Assembly: GCA_963777315.1 (NCBI GenBank)
Contig: CAVZQC010000005.1
Coordinates: 64,001 to 128,000 of the forward strand
Direction of reading: 5' to 3'
DNA length: 64,000 bases
Source: Vulcanimicrobiota bacterium
Lineage (GTDB): Bacteria; Vulcanimicrobiota; Vulcanimicrobiia; Vulcanimicrobiales; Vulcanimicrobiaceae
Shown here: positions 38,613 through 48,351 of the stretch, one piece after another
How the letters are laid out: the number at the start of each line of letters is the position of its first letter
Numbering within the stretch: position 1 is the first letter of the stretch
Notes under the pieces: model-generated
What the model was told of the DNA's origin: nothing
The model's input: only the letters and a program-made list of their open reading frames with translations
Databases searched by the model: none
Position numbers and translations under genes: made by a program

Positions 38613-38954
38613 ATGAAACGCGAACGGATGCAGCGCATCGATCACGAGATGCAAAAAGTGCTCGGAGCGCTGATCTCGCAAGAGCTCAAGGATCCGCGTC
38701 TGGGTTTCACGACCGTTACGCGCGTGCAGATCACGCAGGATCTGCAGCATGCCAAAGTCTTCGTGTCGATCATCGGCGATCGCCACGTCGCCAGGCAGAC
38801 GATGGATGCGCTCGCGCACGCGTCGCGTTTTTTGCGCGGAGAATTGGGACAGCGAATCGCGTTGCGCCACACCCCGCAGCTGGAGTTCGTGGAAGATCGC
38901 TCCACCGAACGCGCCATCAACCTGACCAAGGCGCTTCGCGAGAGCAACGCGTGA
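38613..38954 (+). CDS. rbfA: Ribosome-binding factor A
   Basis: ELKDPRL, DLQHAKVFVS, LRHTPQLEF. Confidence 0.95.
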   Translation: MKRERMQRIDHEMQKVLGALISQELKDPRLGFTTVTRVQITQDLQHAKVFVSIIGDRHVARQTMDALAHASRFLRGELGQRIALRHTPQLEFVEDRSTERAINLTKALRESNA

Positions 38955-39931
38955 TCGAGCAAGCGCGCACTATCGCATCGACCGCGGAAGTGGTACGGGA
39001 ACTGCGGCGGCGCCCCGCGTTCGTGATGGTGAGTCACGTCAAACCCGACGGCGACACGCTGGGCGCGGGTTTGGCGCTGGGGCTTGCGCTGAAAAAAATC
39101 GGCAAGCGCGTCCAGTATTTTCAACAGGACCCGGTGCCGCGCAACCTGCGGTTTCTTCCCGACACGCAGTACGTTTCGCGCGAGATCCCTGCGGATCTGC
39201 CGCCCGACACCCTGTGGGTGTTCGGCGACATGAGCAGCACCTCGCGCGCGGGCGAATTTCTTCCCGCGGTAAAGCGCGAAAACATCCTGGACATCGATCA
39301 TCACTTAGGCAACGACCATTTCGGCGCGTTCAACTACGTTCTGACCGACGAATGTTCGACCGGCGCGTGCGTTATGCACCTGCTGCGGGGATTGGGTACC
39401 GAAATCGACGCGCAGATCGCCACCTGTCTGCTTACGACGATCATGACCGACACGGGCGGCTTCATGCACAGCAACACGACGCCCGGCGTGCTGCGCCTAT
39501 CCGCGGAATTGATGGAGCTGGGTGCCGACAAAGAACGGATCACCGAAGAGATCTTTGCCAACAAACGGCTCGCGGCCATTCTGCTGCTCGGACATTCGCT
39601 CAGCCAGGCCCAAACGGCTCACGGCGGCCGCTACATCTGGTCGTACGTCGACGAAGCAATGCTCGCGCAGTGTGGGGCGGACGGCGAAGACGCCGAGGAA
39701 ATCATCAGCCATCTGCGCTCGGTCGAAGGCGTCGAGGCTGCGGCGCTGTTCAAGGCGTACGACGGCGACATTCGCGTGAGCTTGCGCAGCAGCGGGCGCA
39801 TCAACGTGCAAGCGGCAGCGGCGCGGCTCGGCGGAGGCGGACACTTTCGGGCATCCGGCCTGACGTTCGCCGGTTCGCTGCCGAACGCGATTGCGGCCGT
39901 CGAAGGGGCGCTGGTAGCGGAAGGGCTTTAG
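38951..39931 (+). CDS. nrnA: DHH family bifunctional oligoribonuclease/PAP phosphatase NrnA
   Basis: HVKPDGD, IDHH, TDTGGF, GGGGH; GTG overlapping the rbfA stop. Confidence 0.9.
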   Translation: MIEQARTIASTAEVVRELRRRPAFVMVSHVKPDGDTLGAGLALGLALKKIGKRVQYFQQDPVPRNLRFLPDTQYVSREIPADLPPDTLWVFGDMSSTSRAGEFLPAVKRENILDIDHHLGNDHFGAFNYVLTDECSTGACVMHLLRGLGTEIDAQIATCLLTTIMTDTGGFMHSNTTPGVLRLSAELMELGADKERITEEIFANKRLAAILLLGHSLSQAQTAHGGRYIWSYVDEAMLAQCGADGEDAEEIISHLRSVEGVEAAALFKAYDGDIRVSLRSSGRINVQAAAARLGGGGHFRASGLTFAGSLPNAIAAVEGALVAEGL

Positions 39932-39934
39932 GCC

Positions 39935-40183
39935 GTGAAAATCATCCTCGTTCTCGCGCTCGTGCTGGGCGTGGGCGCACTCATCGGAACGCGCCGCGAT
40001 ACCCCGTTCATTCGGTGGGGCATCGTCATCACGCTCGCCGGCATGCTGCTGATGGTGACGTCGGCGCTCTTCACGTTTCGCGGCGTAACGGCCGGCATCG
40101 TTTTGGCAATCGCCGGAGTATGCGCGTACTATTACGGCCGTCTGGTTCGGCGCGAGCAACTGTTCGTTTCGCGACCCAAGTAG
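39935..40183 (+). CDS. Small membrane protein (3 TM), hypothetical
   Basis: Hydrophobic ORF filling the nrnA-truB gap in the operon. Confidence 0.65.
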   Translation: MKIILVLALVLGVGALIGTRRDTPFIRWGIVITLAGMLLMVTSALFTFRGVTAGIVLAIAGVCAYYYGRLVRREQLFVSRPK

Positions 40184-40187
40184 CGGC

Positions 40188-41081
40188 GTGCTCGGATTCG
40201 CGAACGTGTTCAAGCCGGCGGGTCCCTCATCGGCTCAGACGGTCGCGCGTTTGCGCCGCATCTACGGAATTTTCGCCGGCGACCGGCACATCGCCGTCGG
40301 ACATTTGGGAACGCTCGATCCGCAAGCGGCCGGCGTGCTGCCCGTCGCCATCGGAAAAGCAACCCGGCTGATTCCGCTGCTGGACGACCGGCGCAAAGCG
40401 TATGTCTGCACCTTCGTTGCCGGTGCGAGTACGACGACCGGCGACGCCATGGGCGAAATCGTCGATCGCGTACCGCCGCCTCGGGGATGGGAACGGCGCC
40501 TGAGCGGCGTGCTGGCGCAATTCACTGGAAGGCTGGAGCAGACTCCTCCGATGTTCAGCGCCCTGCACCACGAAGGAAAGCGCTTGTACGAATTGGCGCG
40601 AGAGGGAAAAAGCCTGGAACGGCGTCCGCGGCCCATTACGATTTACGGCTTGCAGATTCTGGGTGTCGAACCTGGAACCGACGGCGCGCAAACCGGCGTT
40701 GCGCGGCTGCGCATTGCATGCAGTGAAGGAACGTACGTGCGTACGCTGGTGGAGGATCTCGGAAAAGCGATCGACGTGCCCTCCCACATGGGCGCGCTCG
40801 TACGCGAGGGCTCGGGTCCGTTCGTGCTGTACGAAAGCCGCACGCTGGACGAAATCGCCGACCGGCCGCAGCAGGCCGTCGTCGCGCCCGAGCACATCAT
40901 ACCGTTTCCGACGATCGTTCTGGATCTTCGCCGTTCGGCGGATTTCCGCGCCGGGCGCATCGTGCCGCTCCCATCCGGCGCCGGCAGCAAGCACGTCTTC
41001 GTTCGAGACGAATCGCGCACGCTCGTCGGCGTAGGCGAGGCGCACGGATCGCTTCTGGCACCGCGCAAGGTCTTCGTGTAG
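40188..41081 (+). CDS. truB: tRNA pseudouridine(55) synthase
   Basis: GHLGTLDPQAAGVL, QTPPMFSA, GKRLYELAR, CSEGTYVR. Confidence 0.95.
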   Translation: MLGFANVFKPAGPSSAQTVARLRRIYGIFAGDRHIAVGHLGTLDPQAAGVLPVAIGKATRLIPLLDDRRKAYVCTFVAGASTTTGDAMGEIVDRVPPPRGWERRLSGVLAQFTGRLEQTPPMFSALHHEGKRLYELAREGKSLERRPRPITIYGLQILGVEPGTDGAQTGVARLRIACSEGTYVRTLVEDLGKAIDVPSHMGALVREGSGPFVLYESRTLDEIADRPQQAVVAPEHIIPFPTIVLDLRRSADFRAGRIVPLPSGAGSKHVFVRDESRTLVGVGEAHGSLLAPRKVFV

Positions 41082-41088
41082 CGCACCG

Positions 41089-42007
41089 ATGAAGCTGCAT
41101 TATCGAGCTCGCGCGCACGGCGCACTCGCCGTTGGCCGTGGCCATCGGGTTCTTCGACGGCATGCACCGCGGCCATCAAGACATCGCGCGCCGCACGCTG
41201 CGCTTGCGCAAGCGGGGCCGGCTCGCGGCAGCGATCACGTTTGCGAATCACCCCGCCGCGTTTTTGCGCCCGGGAACGGAGCCGCCGCTGATCTGCACGC
41301 CGGAAGAGCGCCTGGATCTCATCGCGCGCGCCGGCTTTGACGAATGTTTCTTCGTTCCGTTCGACGATCGCATCGCCTCGCAGGACGCGGTGCATTTCGT
41401 GCGGCAGACCTTGGTTCGCGATTTGGACGCGCGCGCAGTGGTGGTGGGCCGAAATTTTCGGTTCGGACACAAACGGGCGGGAGATACGACGCTTATGGGA
41501 CGGTTGCTCGACGAAGCGGGCTTGGAATTCGAGCCGGTGGAAAATACGACCGATCGAAACGGCGAAAGGATATCGAGCACGCGTATTCGCGCGTATATCG
41601 CCGCGGGCGACATGGCCACCGCCGACGAGCTGCTCGGCCATAGCTACGAGCTGCGCGGCAGCGTGCAGCGGGGTGCGGGGCGCGGTCACGATCTCGGATT
41701 CCCGACCGCCAACATCGCCGTGCCTTCGAAACTGCTGCCAAAAGACGGCGTGTATTCGGCCATTGCGCGTCACGAGGGACGCGACTATGCCGCGCTGGTC
41801 TCCATCGGCGCCAATCCGACCTTCGCAGGCACGCAGCGTACGGTTGAAGCGTGGTTGCGCGATTTCCATGAAACTATCTACGGGAAGGAACTGGCCATTC
41901 GCGACCTGCGGTTCGTTCGCGAGCAGCAGCGTTTCGATTCGGCCGAAGAACTGCTCGCGCGCATGAACGAGGACCGCAATGCGGTGGCGTACCCTTCCTA
42001 TGGATAG
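41089..42007 (+). CDS. ribF: Bifunctional riboflavin kinase/FAD synthetase; apparent +1 frameshift near 41104
   Basis: IGFFDGMHRGH, ISSTRIR, GFPTAN; ATG 41089 joins the main frame if one base is removed. Confidence 0.92.
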
Positions 42008-42518
42008 CGCGCGCATCACGAATAGGCTTTTGGCCGCAGCGACGGCGGCAATAGGTTTGTGCGCGTGCTCGGGTTCGAGCACCGGCCATGGCAACTCCGC
42101 CATCGCCCGCGTCGGCCAAGCTGCGCCCGATTGGACTGCGCCAACCACGAGCGGGACGAAGCTGTCGCTGCATGAGATGGCAGGCAAAGCGGTGTACCTG
42201 AACTTTTTTGCGACCTGGTGCCCCCCGTGCAATGAAGAAGCGCCGGCGATCAACAACCTGCAAAAACAGTACGCGTCGCGCGGTTTGCGGATCGTCGGTA
42301 TCGACGAACTCGAGAATGCGGGAAAAGCGCGCGAGTTCGTGCGCAAGTACGGTTTGGTGTACCCGGCAGTGGTGGACGACGGCACTATCGGCTCGCAATA
42401 CGAGGTCAACGGGCTGCCCGTGCACGTGTTCATCGACCGCAACGGCATCGTCAAGAAAATCGTGGTCGGAGAGATGGCCGGTCCGGAGATCGCATCGGCG
42501 GTCCGTTCGATGCTTTAA
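42000..42518 (+). CDS. TlpA/ResA family thiol-disulfide oxidoreductase, lipoprotein
   Basis: Lipobox LCAC, NFFATWCPPC, GLP-HVFID. Confidence 0.9.
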   Translation: MDSARITNRLLAAATAAIGLCACSGSSTGHGNSAIARVGQAAPDWTAPTTSGTKLSLHEMAGKAVYLNFFATWCPPCNEEAPAINNLQKQYASRGLRIVGIDELENAGKAREFVRKYGLVYPAVVDDGTIGSQYEVNGLPVHVFIDRNGIVKKIVVGEMAGPEIASAVRSML

Positions 42519-42682
42519 GGAGTTTGGCGGATTTGGGCCATTTTCGGATTCGTCGCTGAATTTTGCTCGAAGAAGAGGCGCGAGGACGGACGCAATGCAG
42601 CGCATTGTGGCCGCCGCAGCAACGAAGTATTCGAGCAAAAGGCGGCGCGAAGGCGGAAACGCGCCTAAGTCCGACAGACTCC
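42519..42682 (+). repeat. 164-bp long imperfect hairpin (MITE-like palindromic element or structured RNA)
   Basis: 42519-42538 pairs with 42663-42682; TTTTGCTCGAA (42561-71) pairs with TTCGAGCAAAA (42630-40); inner GCAATGC/GCATTGT stem. Confidence 0.75.
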
Positions 42683-42752
42683 TAGAGGATTCTTAATCTT
42701 ACCGGAACTCTTTACGGGACGTCCCTCGTTAGCATATCGAGGTACGACGTCC

Positions 42753-44828
42753 ATGCATCCGAACAAGAAAATTCTCGCAGGATCGCTTGCGCCGGCGCTG
42801 GCCCTGGTGGGCATGTTTGCATCGGCGGCTCCGGCGAATGCTCAAGCATACGGCTACGATTCGAACAGTTCGGGAGTGGCCAATGTCAGCGTCATCAACG
42901 GCAGCGCCGAGATCGTTCGCGGCGACAGCGGCGTTCAGACGGCCGCCAACATCAACGCGCCGCTGGTTGCCGGAGACTATATCGCGACGGCACCCGGTTC
43001 GACGGCCGAAGTGCAATTCGACGGCATCTCGATGCTGCGGCTTGCGTCCAATACGCAAGTGCGGTTCATCAGTCTGAGTCAGAACTCGCGGGAAACTCAG
43101 CTCGCGCAGGGCACGGTCGAGCTCGCCGAACTGCAAGGCGCCGACGGCGGCCCGCAAATCGATACGCCGTCGCTCACGGTGCGCCCGAATCAAAGCGGTG
43201 ACTACCGCGTCTCGGTATCGAGCAGCGGCGAAACGCTCGTGACGGTCCGCAGCGGTTCGGCCAGCGTGGCTACGGGAGCCGGTTCGCGGACGCTCGCTCC
43301 CGGAAGCACGCTGGTCGCATACGGGCCGTACTCGAATCCCTCGATCGATATGCGCGACGCGATCGCCTTCGATTCATTCGATCAATTCAACAGCTCCCGC
43401 GATCAGGCCACGGTTACCGCGTACAACGCCAATCCGTATCTTGCGCCGGGTCTGGCGGGATACTCCAACTTCGCAAACTACGGCCGCTGGCAAAACGTGC
43501 CCGGCTACGGCTATGCGTGGGCGCCGTACAATCAGAATCAAACCAACTTCGCGCCGTATCAAAACGGTCAATGGGTATGGGAACCCGGTTACGGTTACAC
43601 GTGGGTCGACAACGCACCCTACGGGTACGCAACGTCCCACTACGGCACGTGGTTCAACAACGCCAACTACGGCGGATGGCTCTGGCAGCCGCCGGCCTAC
43701 CAAAACCAAAACGGCGGCTCACTGTTGTCGACGTGGCTGCCGGCGGTCGTCTCATTCTTCCTGACCGGATCGAATGGAAATAGCGGCAACGTCGGCTGGA
43801 TTCCGCTGGCGCCCGGTGAGCAATATCAGCCCTGGTACGGGCAAAACTATTCGTATCCGCCGACCGGTTTGACCAACGTATCCAATATCACGAACGTCTA
43901 CAATTACTACAGCAATGCGCGGTATTACCGCGGCGTCACGATGGTGCCCGTGAGCGCATGGCGCAACGGCAACTTCAGGCGGTTGATCGTCGAGCGTCCG
44001 CAGCAGCTGCGGCGCATCAATCTGGTTCGCGGCGCGCTTCCGATCGTCCCAACCGCAGCCAATCTGCATTACAGGCCGGCGGTTGCGGTTCAACGCCGGA
44101 TCGTTCTTTCGCGCACGTTCGCCGCTCCCCGGTTTGCCTCCAAGTCGCGGCTTCTCGCACGCCCGTCATTCGCAGCACAACGAGCGCGTATCACGTCGAT
44201 AGCGGCCGCTAAACCGCGCATCGTGCGCCTGCCGAGCCGCGTAGCGGCGCATCCCATCTATCATCCGGCAGCCCATCCGCCGATTCGTCTAACCGCGATC
44301 AAGCCGATCGCAAGGCCTCACCTTTCACCGATCGTCAAACGCAACGCCGTAGTCAAACACAACGCTGTAGTCAAACACAACGCTGTAGTCAAACACAACA
44401 CCGTAACGGTAACGCATGCTGCGGCTCCCGTTAGGCGCGTCGAACGCGCTACACGGCCTGCACCGCAAGTGCGCGCCGTTCGCGTGGTGCGTCCCGCGCC
44501 GCAAGTGCGTGCGGTTCGCGTAGTGCGTCCCACGCCGCAAGTGCGTGCCGTTCGCGTGGTGCGTCCCGCGCCGCAGGTGCGTGCGGTTCGCGTAGTGCGT
44601 CCCACGCCGCAAGTGCGTGCCGTTCGCGTGGTGCGTCCCGCGCCGCAGGTGCGTGCGGTTCGCGTAGTGCGTCCCGCACCGCAAGTGCGTGCCGTTCGCG
44701 TGGAGCGTCCCGCACCGCAAGTGCGTGCCGTTCGCGTGGAGCGTGCCGCGCCGCAAGTGCGTGCCGTTCCGGAATCGCGGCCGGCTGAGCACGCGCGGCC
44801 CAGGCCGGCAGCCACACCGCGTCCGTGA
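42753..44828 (+). CDS. Secreted FecR-like/DUF6600 domain protein with C-terminal tandem repeats
   Basis: Signal peptide, NAPLVAGD...AEVQFDG...LRL FecR-like beta region, YGRWQNVPGYG...PYQNGQW...HYGTW...GWIPLAPGE DUF6600-like region. Confidence 0.75.
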   Translation: MHPNKKILAGSLAPALALVGMFASAAPANAQAYGYDSNSSGVANVSVINGSAEIVRGDSGVQTAANINAPLVAGDYIATAPGSTAEVQFDGISMLRLASNTQVRFISLSQNSRETQLAQGTVELAELQGADGGPQIDTPSLTVRPNQSGDYRVSVSSSGETLVTVRSGSASVATGAGSRTLAPGSTLVAYGPYSNPSIDMRDAIAFDSFDQFNSSRDQATVTAYNANPYLAPGLAGYSNFANYGRWQNVPGYGYAWAPYNQNQTNFAPYQNGQWVWEPGYGYTWVDNAPYGYATSHYGTWFNNANYGGWLWQPPAYQNQNGGSLLSTWLPAVVSFFLTGSNGNSGNVGWIPLAPGEQYQPWYGQNYSYPPTGLTNVSNITNVYNYYSNARYYRGVTMVPVSAWRNGNFRRLIVERPQQLRRINLVRGALPIVPTAANLHYRPAVAVQRRIVLSRTFAAPRFASKSRLLARPSFAAQRARITSIAAAKPRIVRLPSRVAAHPIYHPAAHPPIRLTAIKPIARPHLSPIVKRNAVVKHNAVVKHNAVVKHNTVTVTHAAAPVRRVERATRPAPQVRAVRVVRPAPQVRAVRVVRPTPQVRAVRVVRPAPQVRAVRVVRPTPQVRAVRVVRPAPQVRAVRVVRPAPQVRAVRVERPAPQVRAVRVERAAPQVRAVPESRPAEHARPRPAATPRP
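44330..44402 (+). repeat. 18-bp coding tandem repeat (VVKHNA, about 4 copies)
   Basis: GTAGTCAAACACAACGCT-type units. Confidence 0.85.
44454..44777 (+). repeat. 36-bp coding tandem repeat, 9 copies (RPAPQVRAVRVV)
   Basis: Head-to-tail units without spacers, in frame. Confidence 0.95.
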
Positions 44829-44852
44829 CACGGCGCTAAGGTCGAAAAGGCC

Positions 44853-46802
44853 CTAAGCCGCTCGCACCACCAGGGATTCGCCCTCCAGCCGAACGTCGGC
44901 GCTCCCGCCTTTGCGCAGTTCGCCGCGCAAAATCGCCGAGGAAAGCGGCGTGCTCACGTGCCGCGCGACGATGCGGTGAACGTACCGCGCACCGCTTCCG
45001 GCGTTCATCGCCTCGCGCGCCAAATATGCCCGAGCCGGCTCGTTCAAATGCAGGCGCACTTCGCGCGCGCCTAAACGCGCGGCGAGCGCTTCGACGTGGA
45101 TGGCCACGATATGCTCGATATCTTCCAAACGCAGATCGTTGAAGCGAACGACGTCGTCGATGCGGTTGAGAAACTCGGGCCGGAATGCCATTGGGAGTTC
45201 CTCATCGCTCAGGTTGGTCGTCATGATGATGAGCGCGTGCCGGAAATCGACCGTGCGCCCTTTGGCGTCGGTCACGCGGCCGTCGTCGAGAATCTGCAGC
45301 AGCACTGCGGCTACGTCCGGGTGGGCCTTTTCTAATTCGTCGAAGAGCACGACGCAATACGGCCGCCGGCGCACGGGCTCGGTGAGTTGGCCGGCCTCTT
45401 CGTGGCCTTGATACCCCGGAGGCGCTCCCAGCAGCCGAGAGATCGTATGCGCTTCGGTGTACTCGGAAAGATCGATGCGCACGAGCGCTTCTTCGGTGCC
45501 GAAGAGCGCTTCGGCAAGCGCTTTGGCCAGTTCGGTTTTGCCCACGCCGCTCGCCCCCATGAACAAAAAACTTCCCAGCGGTTTGCGCGGATCGTGCAAG
45601 CCTGCGCGCGCGCGGCGAATCGCTTCGCTCACGGCGGAAATCGCTTGGCTTTGGCCGATAACGCGCTTGGCGAGCGTTTCCTCGAGCGACAGCAAGTTGT
45701 TGGCTTGCGACTCGGTCAACGTCGCCTGCGGAATACCCGTCCATTTCGTTACGACGGCTGCAACGTGCTCGGCCGTGACGGGCGGAGGCGAGCCCGAGCG
45801 TTTATTGCTCAGCGCAACCGCAGCCGCGGCTTCGTCCATCAGATCGATGGCCTTGTCGGGCAAAAAGCGATCGGCGATATAGCGCGCCGAAAGCGCCGAC
45901 GCCGCGCGAACGGCTTCATCGGTGATCTCGACGGTGTGGTGCTCGGCATACCGGGCCCGCAAACCGGTCAAAATCCGCTCGGTTTCTTCGATCGACGGTT
46001 CGTTCACCATGACCGGCTGAAACCGGCGCTCGAGTGCCGAATCGGACTCGATGTACTTGCGGTATTCGTCGAACGTCGTCGCGCCGATGCACTGCAGATC
46101 GCCGCGCGCGAGTTCGGGTTTGATCATCGAACTCAAATCCAGCGAACCTTCCGCAGCTCCCGCGCCCACGAGCGTGTGCAATTCGTCGATGAACAGCACG
46201 ATGTCGCGCGCGGCTTTGCGCACTTCGTCGAGAATGCGTTTCACGCGTCCTTCGAATTCGCCCCGGTACTTCGTGCCTGCCACGAGCGGCCCGAGCGATA
46301 ACGCCAGCACGCGTTTGCGGCGCAGCGCCTGCGGCACTTTGCCGGCAACGATTCGCTGCGCGAGGCCTTCGACGATCGCCGTTTTGCCGACGCCGGGTTC
46401 CCCGACGAGCACGGGATTGTTCTTGCTGCGGCGCGCAAGAATTGCGACCACACGCTCGACTTCGTCCTCGCGGCCGATGACCGGATCCAATTTGCCGGTG
46501 CGCGCAAGCTCGGTCAGATCGCGCGAAAAGGCCGCCAAGGTCGGCGTCGCGGTGCGCAGACCGCGGGCCCAGTTTTCAAGCGGATTGCCGCCGGATTGGC
46601 CTTGCTGCTCGCCGAGCCGTTCCATGAGCAGCGCGCCTCCGGCGACCAGTGCCGCGGCCGTGAGCGCGGCGCCTACGTACGGCAGCGCGGCTCGGGTCGC
46701 CTGACGGCGTGCCGAGCACAGCGCGCAGTAGCGAGCTTGCCCCGTGGCAGGATCGGTTACCGTCGCCGGCCGCAGCGCGCAGATCTCGCACAATGTCGTC
46801 AT
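44853..46802 (-). CDS. Clp/Hsp100 double-AAA+ ATPase with N-terminal CxxC-CxxC ribbon and hydrophobic helix
   Basis: [47 protein letters not shown]. Confidence 0.9.
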   Translation of the reverse strand: MTTLCEICALRPATVTDPATGQARYCALCSARRQATRAALPYVGAALTAAALVAGGALLMERLGEQQGQSGGNPLENWARGLRTATPTLAAFSRDLTELARTGKLDPVIGREDEVERVVAILARRSKNNPVLVGEPGVGKTAIVEGLAQRIVAGKVPQALRRKRVLALSLGPLVAGTKYRGEFEGRVKRILDEVRKAARDIVLFIDELHTLVGAGAAEGSLDLSSMIKPELARGDLQCIGATTFDEYRKYIESDSALERRFQPVMVNEPSIEETERILTGLRARYAEHHTVEITDEAVRAASALSARYIADRFLPDKAIDLMDEAAAAVALSNKRSGSPPPVTAEHVAAVVTKWTGIPQATLTESQANNLLSLEETLAKRVIGQSQAISAVSEAIRRARAGLHDPRKPLGSFLFMGASGVGKTELAKALAEALFGTEEALVRIDLSEYTEAHTISRLLGAPPGYQGHEEAGQLTEPVRRRPYCVVLFDELEKAHPDVAAVLLQILDDGRVTDAKGRTVDFRHALIIMTTNLSDEELPMAFRPEFLNRIDDVVRFNDLRLEDIEHIVAIHVEALAARLGAREVRLHLNEPARAYLAREAMNAGSGARYVHRIVARHVSTPLSSAILRGELRKGGSADVRLEGESLVVRAA

Positions 46803-46842
46803 CTAACCGATGCTACCGCCGCACGCCGCAAGGGGTTTCGAC

Positions 46843-47502
46843 TCACTGCGCTTCGTAGGTTACCGTGACGGTCGCGCTTACCTCGACGTCGCTGGGCTCG
46901 ATGGTCGTCGGCGCCGGAGCGGGCGCCTGCATCTTCGCTTCCATCATCATTCGCGGTACCGGCCCGGTTTCATATCCCTGCTGCATGCTCCTCACGCGCA
47001 CGACGTGCAAACCCGCGGCCGCAGCCATCGCTTCGGCTTGCGTGCGCGCGTCGGCCACGGCCGACCGCAGCGCGCGCGCAAACTGCGCACGATTGTCCCG
47101 CACCCCGAAGCTGATCGAGCCGATGTCGGTCACTCCGGAAGCCACGGCGGTATCGATCGCTTTGCCCACCAGATCCAAACGGTCGAGCGTGACTTGAATG
47201 TTGCGGTTGACCGAATAGCCGTAACGTTGCGTCACCGGCGCAATCGGCGCGCCGGGCTGGGGCTGCGGCGGCGGCGCGTAGTTCAGATTGTAAAACGTCG
47301 TGCGAACGTCCGAATGCGCGATGCCCAGCGCTTCAAGCGCGCCGGTCATGCGATCGTACCGGGAATTGTTGTCCGAGGTTGCCGCCGCGGCGGTGTCGGC
47401 ATTGGTTGCGATGGTGAAATTTTCGGTAGCCGTGTCGGGCGGTGCGCTCGCTCTACCCTGGGCGCTGACGGTGATGAGCACAGCAAGCAAAAAAACGTGC
47501 AT
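46843..47502 (-). CDS. SIMPL (DUF541) domain protein
   Basis: ITVSAQGRASAPPD, GYSVNRNI, AVADARTQAEAMA, VSATVTVTY; AGGAG RBS. Confidence 0.88.
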   Translation of the reverse strand: MHVFLLAVLITVSAQGRASAPPDTATENFTIATNADTAAAATSDNNSRYDRMTGALEALGIAHSDVRTTFYNLNYAPPPQPQPGAPIAPVTQRYGYSVNRNIQVTLDRLDLVGKAIDTAVASGVTDIGSISFGVRDNRAQFARALRSAVADARTQAEAMAAAAGLHVVRVRSMQQGYETGPVPRMMMEAKMQAPAPAPTTIEPSDVEVSATVTVTYEAQ

Positions 47503-47553
47503 CAGACTTCTCCTCGAGCGGTCAACGGGCAAAAGACGGGAAAATACGGCAAT

Positions 47554-47808
47554 ATGCTGGTGGAAGTCGTCGTGGGGTTCTGCGTGGGCGTGATTGCCCG
47601 CTACGTCGTTCCGGACTCTACGGGCATCGGTGCGGACACCCTGTTCGGCATCGTCGGGGGCGCCCTGGGCTCCTTCATCTACAAGCTGTTCGGGCACAAG
47701 CCTGCTTTCGACGACTGGAACGGATGGAGCATGGCCAGCGCGGCGGCGGGGGCGCTGGTGATGATACTGGTGCTGCGGGCAACCGCCGGAAGGCGTACCA
47801 TCGCTTAG
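47554..47808 (+). CDS. GlsB/YeaQ/YmgE family membrane protein
   Basis: GVIARYVVP...GIVGGALG...AAAGALV. Confidence 0.75.
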   Translation: MLVEVVVGFCVGVIARYVVPDSTGIGADTLFGIVGGALGSFIYKLFGHKPAFDDWNGWSMASAAAGALVMILVLRATAGRRTIA

Positions 47809-47828
47809 GAGGGTACAAAGCCAGAATC

Positions 47829-48092
47829 ATGCTCTGGGCCATCATCGTTTGGATTGTCTTCGGATTCATCGTCGGGCTCATCGCGCGCTGGATCGTTCCC
47901 GGCGCGGTGGGCGGCGGCGTTTTGACCGACATCATCGTGGGCATCGTCGGCGCGCTGATTGGAGGCTGGGTATACCGTGCCTTCGGCCACGGCGGCCCCA
48001 CGCCGCTGTGGAGTTTTCTCTACGCGCTGATCGGCGCGGTCGTCTTGCTGCTGATTCTTCGGGCGCTCACCGGCCGCAGGCGGGCCATTTAG
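47829..48092 (+). CDS. GlsB/YeaQ/YmgE family membrane protein
   Basis: WIVFGFIVGLIARWIVPG...GIVGALIGG...ALIGAVVLL. Confidence 0.88.
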   Translation: MLWAIIVWIVFGFIVGLIARWIVPGAVGGGVLTDIIVGIVGALIGGWVYRAFGHGGPTPLWSFLYALIGAVVLLLILRALTGRRRAI

Positions 48093-48099
48093 CGTACCC

Positions 48100-48345
48100 A
48101 TGACGTACATCATTACCGAGCCGTGCATCGGAACCAAGGACAAGTCGTGCGTCGACGTTTGCCCCGTCGACTGCATCCACGGCAAGGACGAAGACGAGAT
48201 GCTCTACATCGACCCCGAAGTGTGCATCGACTGCGGGGCTTGCGTTTCGGCGTGTCCGGTCGAAGCGATATTTGCCGATTCCGACGTGCCGCAGAAGTGG
48301 GAGAACTTCGTCGAAATCAACGCGGACTATTTCAAGAACGCGTAG
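48100..48345 (+). CDS. fdxA: Dicluster (7Fe-type) ferredoxin
   Basis: MTYIITEPC...CVDVCPVDCI...CIDCGACVSACPV. Confidence 0.92.
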   Translation: MTYIITEPCIGTKDKSCVDVCPVDCIHGKDEDEMLYIDPEVCIDCGACVSACPVEAIFADSDVPQKWENFVEINADYFKNA

Positions 48346-48351
48346 CAAGTA

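Noticed and set aside
36201..38870. 889-aa minus-strand ORF and similar long antisense ORFs (6875-8404, 23576-25408, 40643-42454)
   Set aside because: Shadow ORFs of GC-rich genes; no motifs and atypical composition
44454..44777. 36-bp repeats as a CRISPR array
   Set aside because: Units are contiguous with no unique spacers, are in frame within a CDS, and no cas genes are present
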